The translations under genes and the position numbers were made by a program. A DNA stretch of 46,914 nt, taken from IMG/VR virus record IMGVR_UViG_3300032277_000009, positions 1 to 46,914 of that record; one strand, 5' to 3'. Source of the DNA: a virus. Within the stretch, counting starts at the first letter, position 1; each line of letters starts with the position of its first letter. This document shows, in pieces, positions 42,485 to 46,914 of this stretch. The notes beneath the pieces are model-generated. The model saw only the letters and a list, made by a program, of their open reading frames with translations, was not told the DNA's origin and made no database searches.

Positions 42485-44674
42485 ATGTCAATTACAGATG
42501 CTACGCCGAAGAGCCAATCCCCGCAACGTTTCATCCCCCGCATCTTGCGCGAAACACCTCGCTGGTGCTGCTGGAAGCTCTCCCAGAACCGGGCGGGCGA
42601 CCTGACAAAACGCCCCGACTGCAGCACCAAGGACGAAGACGCGCAACGCGCCTTCGACGCGGTCAAGCAGAAGTGCACCAGCAAGCAAGGCATCGGGTTC
42701 ATCACCGGTGGGCGGGTCAAGACGCCGCGCGGCTACCTCGTAGCCTTCGACTACGACAACTGCCACGACCCCAACACCGGTGGAGTAAGCCCGTGGGCGA
42801 TCGACGCGGTCGAGGCGTTCGGCAACAGCTTCACCGAGATCAGCCCTAGCGGCTACGGCTTGCGGCAGTGGGTGTTGGTCAAGCGCTTGCCCGAAAGGCG
42901 CATCCGGTCGGTGATCCCCGTGACTGGCGGCGGCATCGAAGGGTGCACCAAGAAGGTCGAGTGTCAGCTCTTCGGCATCGGCGCGCACGGCGGTGGCTAC
43001 GTCACGGTAACCGGCAACCACCTGGTCGGCACCGCGACCGAAGTGATGCGCATCGAATCGATCGAGAAGGTCTTCGAGCACTTCGACTTCCCGATCGATT
43101 ACGCAGCCGCTGGAGAAGAACTCGTCGACCTACCCGAAGGCACAGGCGACGAGCCGTCGCTCGACGTGATCGACGTCGCTCTGCGCTCGCAGCCGAACGG
43201 TGTGACGTTGATCGATGGCGACTGGGAAGAAGCCAAGAACGGCCGGAACGAGCTATTCGAGAGCGCCAGCGAAGCCTACTTCGAACTCGAACAACGTGCA
43301 CTCGTCGCTGCGAACGGCCACGGCGAGCAAGCCCTGCAGTTCCTGCTCGATCGCACTGCCTGGGGTCACGGCGACATCGAGAACAGCAAGGACCCGGGCA
43401 AATACGAGCGCGAGGATTGGGTCAGAGAAGAGCTGCTGCGCACGTGCGGCAAGACCTACGTCCTGAACCCCGGCGAGGTCTTCGACGAGATCGACGAAGA
43501 CGAGATGCAAGCGCAGGTCGAGGCGTCGATCAAAGCTGCGAACGATGCGCTCAACAGTGAACGTGCGAAGCAGGCCGCGAAGAGCCCGATCGCGCAGATC
43601 GAAGCGCCGATAGCGATGGGTGTTGAGCCGCCGCGTCGTGTCTACCTGATCAAGCATCCGGATGGCACCGGTCTCCTACCGCTCGGCAAAGCTGGTCTGA
43701 TCAGCGCAGCTGGCGGCACGGGGAAGACCACCGCTCTTGTGCAGCTCGCGATCAGCGTCGCGACTGGCCGGCGCTGGTTCGACCACTTCCGCGTCGGCGG
43801 TGATGACTGCGGCAAGCGCGTGCTGTTCTTGATGGGCGAGGAAGACGTCGACGAGGTCCAGCGCAAGCTGTGGCACACGATGCACGCCATGGGTCTCTCG
43901 CTAGCCGAGCGGGCAGAAGTCGCAGCACGCGTCGAATGCGTGCCCCTCGCCGGCCACGCGCTGCCCTTCCTCAGCCAGAACAAGAACGGCGCCATGCTGA
44001 GCACACCGCACAGCGACGCTCTGATGCAGCGGCTCGACGCGGGTGAAGACTGGGGGCTCGTCATCGTTGACCCGATCAGCCGCTTCTGTGGCGTCAACGT
44101 CGAAGGTGACAACATCCTCGCCACACGCTTCGTGCAGGAGCTCGAGCGCTACGCAGCGGCCCCGGGCAACCCGACCGTGCTCGGCGTCGGCCACACGAGC
44201 AAGGCCGCGAGAGCGCAAGGCAGCGCCGAGCAGCGTGGCGTCACAGGCCTGATCGATGCCGTGCGCTTCGGCGCCTCGATGCTGAGCCGCGACGACGGCC
44301 GCGTGCTGTTCGAGGTCCAGAAGAACAACTACGCGCCACCCAGCCCAGAGCCGGTGTTGCTCATGCGCGGCAAGGAAGGGCACCTGTCAGTCGAGTCGGA
44401 CAGCGACCGCGCAGCACGTGAAGCACTGGACGAGAACCGACGCCGGGAGACGGACGAAGCCAAGATCGACCGCCTGATCGCTGAGTTCGAGAAGGTCGTT
44501 GAAAAGAAGCCGGGCGTCAAACAAGCCGACCTCAAAGCGATGGTCGCCGGACGTAACGTCGACATGAACAAGGCACTCATTGTGGCAGTTGATTCGGGCA
44601 GACTCATCGTCGAGATCGGGCCGAAGAACGCTAAGCTTTTCCGCCTGCCCGAACGGAGCGGGCTACTCGGATGA
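42485..44674 (+). CDS. Bifunctional primase-polymerase (AEP prim-pol) fused to a RecA/DnaB-like P-loop helicase
   Basis: 729 aa. Prim-pol motifs GIGFITGG, LVAFDYDNCHD, TEISPSGYGLRQWV. C-terminal Walker A ISAAGGTGKTTALVQLA and Walker B-like GLVIVDPISRF. Confidence 0.85.
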   Translation: MSITDATPKSQSPQRFIPRILRETPRWCCWKLSQNRAGDLTKRPDCSTKDEDAQRAFDAVKQKCTSKQGIGFITGGRVKTPRGYLVAFDYDNCHDPNTGGVSPWAIDAVEAFGNSFTEISPSGYGLRQWVLVKRLPERRIRSVIPVTGGGIEGCTKKVECQLFGIGAHGGGYVTVTGNHLVGTATEVMRIESIEKVFEHFDFPIDYAAAGEELVDLPEGTGDEPSLDVIDVALRSQPNGVTLIDGDWEEAKNGRNELFESASEAYFELEQRALVAANGHGEQALQFLLDRTAWGHGDIENSKDPGKYEREDWVREELLRTCGKTYVLNPGEVFDEIDEDEMQAQVEASIKAANDALNSERAKQAAKSPIAQIEAPIAMGVEPPRRVYLIKHPDGTGLLPLGKAGLISAAGGTGKTTALVQLAISVATGRRWFDHFRVGGDDCGKRVLFLMGEEDVDEVQRKLWHTMHAMGLSLAERAEVAARVECVPLAGHALPFLSQNKNGAMLSTPHSDALMQRLDAGEDWGLVIVDPISRFCGVNVEGDNILATRFVQELERYAAAPGNPTVLGVGHTSKAARAQGSAEQRGVTGLIDAVRFGASMLSRDDGRVLFEVQKNNYAPPSPEPVLLMRGKEGHLSVESDSDRAAREALDENRRRETDEAKIDRLIAEFEKVVEKKPGVKQADLKAMVAGRNVDMNKALIVAVDSGRLIVEIGPKNAKLFRLPERSGLLG

Positions 44675-44683
44675 TCAATCTTT

Positions 44684-44867
44684 CTGGTAGTTCCCTGGTA
44701 GTTCCCAGGTCGTTCCGGGAACTGGGTTCCGGGTGGAGGAAATCACCCCCAAAAAGGGGAGGTTCCAAACCCCCCTTTAGGGGGGATTTTCCGGAACTAC
44801 CAGGCGGAACTACATCACGTCGCTCGGGAAGCTCTGGTCGTTCCGCCTTCGAAACGGGAACTACCAG
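44684..44867. repeat. Iteron array: at least 7 copies or variants of CTGGTAGTTCC in both orientations
   Basis: Forward copies at 44684-94, 44695-705 and 44706-16 (caggtcgttcc), all at an 11-bp period, plus 44834-44 (ctggtcgttcc). Reverse copies ggaactaccag at 44793-803 and 44857-67, and a partial ggaactac at 44806-13. Palindrome ggaac-tgg-gttcc at 44718-30. Confidence 0.85.
44767..44790 (+). terminator. Rho-independent terminator after the primase-helicase gene
   Basis: aaa-cccccc-ttta-gggggg-atttt. A smaller cccc-aaaaa-gggg hairpin precedes it at 44747-59. Confidence 0.6.
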
Positions 44868-44876
44868 CCACCGGTG

Positions 44877-45275
44877 ATGACAGCAACCATTCGATTGCCG
44901 TGGCCCCCGACGAACAACTGGCCGAACCGAACGAAGAACAGATTCGTGCGTCAGAAGGCGCGCAAAGAGTCGCGTCGAGTCGCCTCGCTCTGCGCGTTCC
45001 AGCAGGACCTGGTGTTGCCCGAAGGCCCGCTGTTCGTGGTGCTGAGATTCCACCCGCCGCGACTCGGCGGCTTCGACATCGACAACGCACACGCGGCGTG
45101 CAAGGGCTACTTGGACGGACTGTTCGAAGTGTGCGGCCAGGACGACGGCGTCATCGACGCAGCGCTGCCCGTGCGGTGTAGCAAGCGCAAGGGTGGTGTG
45201 GTGGTTGCTGAGTTCCGCCCGATGGCTGCGGTGCGTGAGTGGCTCTTCGACAGGCCGTCGAGACTGTTGGACTGA
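44877..45275 (+). CDS. rusA: RusA-like Holliday junction resolvase
   Basis: About 132 aa. LPWPPTNNWPNR...FVVLRFHPPRLGGFDIDNAHAACKGYLDGLF...QDDGVI matches the RusA pattern (D.DN..K...D.L...DD). A GTG at 44874 is an alternative start. Confidence 0.75.
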   Translation: MTATIRLPWPPTNNWPNRTKNRFVRQKARKESRRVASLCAFQQDLVLPEGPLFVVLRFHPPRLGGFDIDNAHAACKGYLDGLFEVCGQDDGVIDAALPVRCSKRKGGVVVAEFRPMAAVREWLFDRPSRLLD

Positions 45276-45278
45276 CCT

Positions 45279-45680
45279 ATGCACACGAAACTTCTCGGTG
45301 ACTGCTTCTCGCTGATGCTCGGACACGAACGGCCTGCGTTGGTCCTGTCGGACCCGCCTTACGGAATCACGCAGCAGGTGTGGGATCAGCCTGTCGACTG
45401 GGAGCGGCCGTCACGATCGAGAAGCACTCACCGCTACTTGACTGATCGGGGCCGATTGTGGCAGACTTTCAGCATGCCGTCCGTCCTGCCGAGCTGCCTG
45501 TCATGCGAACACTGCCAACCCAACCACAGCGAGGGCGCCGGGTATGTGTGCCGTAGGCACCCGCCGTCGTTCGTGACGAACACCGGCCTCAGCCCGGACC
45601 GCGCCGCCTACCCGGTATTGCCCGATACGCGTGGGTGCGGTGAACACAAGCCGTGCACAGCCGAAAGAGAGACCAAATGA
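45279..45680 (+). CDS. Chimeric ORF: N-terminal remnant of a DNA methyltransferase (DPPY motif) joined to a Cys-rich small-protein segment
   Basis: KLLGDCFSLMLGHERPALVLSDPPYGITQQVWDQPVDWE is an MTase N-terminus, but no AdoMet-binding or target-recognition region follows. From the internal ATG at 45474: MPSVLPSCLSCEHC...GYVCRRHPP...DTRGCGEHKPC. Confidence 0.55.
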   Translation: MHTKLLGDCFSLMLGHERPALVLSDPPYGITQQVWDQPVDWERPSRSRSTHRYLTDRGRLWQTFSMPSVLPSCLSCEHCQPNHSEGAGYVCRRHPPSFVTNTGLSPDRAAYPVLPDTRGCGEHKPCTAERETK

Positions 45681-45925
45681 AACCCAACGACGCAGGCATT
45701 TACATGCCGGAGACGGGAGCGATCCCGGGCTTCGTGCGCTTCGACAACGGGGAGAGACACCCGGTCATGTTCAAGGCATCGAACGTGGTCGGCCTCGACG
45801 TCTTGCCGTGGGAAGGCAAGACGACCGTGGTGCGCGTTGCGGTCGCACCCGACGAGGAATACACCATCCACGAGAAGTCGATTGACGAAGTGGCGGACGC
45901 GATCGCCAAGGCTCTGCAACCATGA
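45677..45925 (+). CDS. Hypothetical protein (82 aa)
   Basis: ATGA coupling at 45677-45680. The internal ATG is preferred over the ORF-track start at 45653. Confidence 0.5.
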   Translation: MKPNDAGIYMPETGAIPGFVRFDNGERHPVMFKASNVVGLDVLPWEGKTTVVRVAVAPDEEYTIHEKSIDEVADAIAKALQP

Positions 45926-46296
45926 ACCGCCGAACATTCATCGCTGGTGTGTTGAAGAGCGCAGTCGCTGCGGCCGTGGCGCCGACCGTGCTGCGTGAGT
46001 CAAACACGCCGAGCATCTTTCCTGAAGGCTCGCGCGCGGGCCTCAACGAGCCACTCACAGCGACCGAGGTGCGCGAACTCAACGAAGCTTTCCTGCGCCG
46101 CGAAGTGCCGAAGATGCCCAACCTCTTCAGTGAGATGTATGCAGCGCTGGAGCGTGTGCCGAAGGGTGGGCGCATGGTGAACCGGCCATCTATGTTCATC
46201 ACGAACGAACGCACGTATCGCGCGCTCGAACAGTTGTCGCAGTTGACGCGCACATCGTTGCCGCCGGCACGGCCATGGACACGACTCCATGCCTAG
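45922..46296 (+). CDS. Small protein with a twin-arginine (Tat)-like signal peptide
   Basis: MNRRTFIAGVLKSAVAAAVAPTVL: an RR-x-F-I motif, a hydrophobic h-region and an AxA-like site. ATGA coupling upstream. Confidence 0.55.
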   Translation: MNRRTFIAGVLKSAVAAAVAPTVLRESNTPSIFPEGSRAGLNEPLTATEVRELNEAFLRREVPKMPNLFSEMYAALERVPKGGRMVNRPSMFITNERTYRALEQLSQLTRTSLPPARPWTRLHA

Positions 46297-46825
46297 GAAG
46301 CGCGTAACCAAGAAGGTCGCGTCGCCATCGAAGCACAAGGCGACAAAGCCCCGCAGCGAGTGGCCGATCAGGCCCGACGAGAAGCTCACTGAGTCGTTGA
46401 GCGGTCTGCTCGGCAGCAGCAAGCTCAAGTTCGACCCGAAGGAATGGAAGCCCGTCGTTATCGCGTGGCTCGACTCAGGGCAGATGCTGTCGAAGATGCT
46501 GCGCATGCCGAACACGCCGTCACGGCGCCTGGTCGACATGTGGCGAGCAGACGACGAAGAGTTCGCAAACGACTACCACGCCGCAACCAGCGCGCTCTAC
46601 GACACGCTCGCCGACCAAGTCATCGAGATCGCCGACGGCGAGCCCGAACTCGTGAAGCTGTTCACGGAGATTCGCTACCAGATTGACGCGCGCATCCGCA
46701 TGTTGTCACGTTGGACGCACCGATACGCCGAGAAGCGGCAGGTCGAGCAGACCGGCAATGGCACTGTTCAGATCATCACCGGTGTTCCAAACCCAGACAC
46801 GGACTCAGAAGGCTTGATGCAATGA
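46289..46825 (+). CDS. terS: Terminase small subunit
   Basis: 178 aa with a basic N-terminus. SGQMLSKMLRMPNTPSRRLVDMWRADDEEFANDYHAATSALYDTLADQVIEIAD...IRYQIDARIRMLSRW follows the HTH plus oligomerisation-helix pattern of small terminases. Lies upstream of terL across the junction. Confidence 0.75.
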   Translation: MPRKRVTKKVASPSKHKATKPRSEWPIRPDEKLTESLSGLLGSSKLKFDPKEWKPVVIAWLDSGQMLSKMLRMPNTPSRRLVDMWRADDEEFANDYHAATSALYDTLADQVIEIADGEPELVKLFTEIRYQIDARIRMLSRWTHRYAEKRQVEQTGNGTVQIITGVPNPDTDSEGLMQ

Positions 46826-46914
46826 CCAACCAACTCCCCGCCAGTGGCGCAACGCCAGCCCAGCAGATCAACAACCTCGCGAAGCAGGTGACGCGCCTGA
46901 CCGAGAAGCTCGCA
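46788..46914. repeat. Terminal overlap copy 2, identical to 1..127
   Basis: Exact 127-nt identity with the window start. Confidence 0.95.

Noticed and set aside
44684-44867. The repeat array as a CRISPR array
   Set aside because: Repeats are only 11 bp, partly contiguous with no spacers, present in both orientations, and there are no cas genes.
44671-44877. A 68-aa ORF spanning exactly the gap between the primase-helicase and rusA, with overlapping start and stop codons at both ends
   Set aside because: The translation is low-complexity (G/S/R/P-rich). The region contains the motif in both orientations plus two homopolymer hairpins and a terminator, which fits a non-coding cis element better. 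Kept as an explicit alternative in the iteron finding.
1-46914. A diversity-generating retroelement, retron or other reverse-transcriptase system (considered because the capsid, adaptor and nozzle genes resemble those of podoviruses, some of which carry DGRs)
   Set aside because: No ORF on either strand shows reverse-transcriptase motifs (no YxDD box), and I found no template/variable repeat pair near any candidate receptor-binding gene.

Overview
The window is one complete, circularly closed tailed-phage genome. Bases 1-127 are repeated exactly at 46788-46914, so the unique length is 46,787 bp. A 127-bp end overlap that cuts through genes looks like an assembler k-mer overlap, not a biological terminal repeat. 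The DNA is GC-rich and densely coding, with many ATGA/GTGA/TAATG start-stop overlaps.

Two gene arms diverge from a single control region (42336-42484). They converge stop-on-stop at a CTAG (27092-27095).

Plus arm, continuing through the circular junction:
- prim-pol/helicase, a terminator and an 11-bp iteron array, RusA, small genes;
- TerS, two coiled-coil ORFs, TerL, GNAT, portal;
- an accessory island: a beta-helix protein, four small membrane/lipoprotein genes, and a conserved gene frameshifted by a 19-bp duplication;
- scaffold, major capsid, a T7 gp11/gp12-type adaptor and nozzle;
- three internal (ejected) proteins, ending in a 2204-aa polyvalent-type giant.

Minus arm: about 30 early and replication genes.
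- Recognisable products: SNF2 helicase, DEDD exonuclease, DUF2800-like nuclease, DUF2815-like SSB, MazG-like protein, family A DNA polymerase, two HNH endonucleases and an HTH regulator.
- It also carries a tRNA-His and a terminator-flanked lipoprotein gene.

I saw no phage RNA polymerase, integrase, reverse transcriptase/DGR, CRISPR array or recognisable endolysin.

Strongest second-look candidates:
- the giant ART-like + HExxH effector protein;
- the adaptor fused to a split SGNH esterase;
- a repeat module shared by three virion proteins;
- the frameshifted FQNGP...RGVEGT gene;
- the iteron array;
- a G-1-less tRNA-His;
- a structured intergenic RNA upstream of mazG-polA.

All family assignments come from motif recognition by eye and need HMM or structure confirmation.
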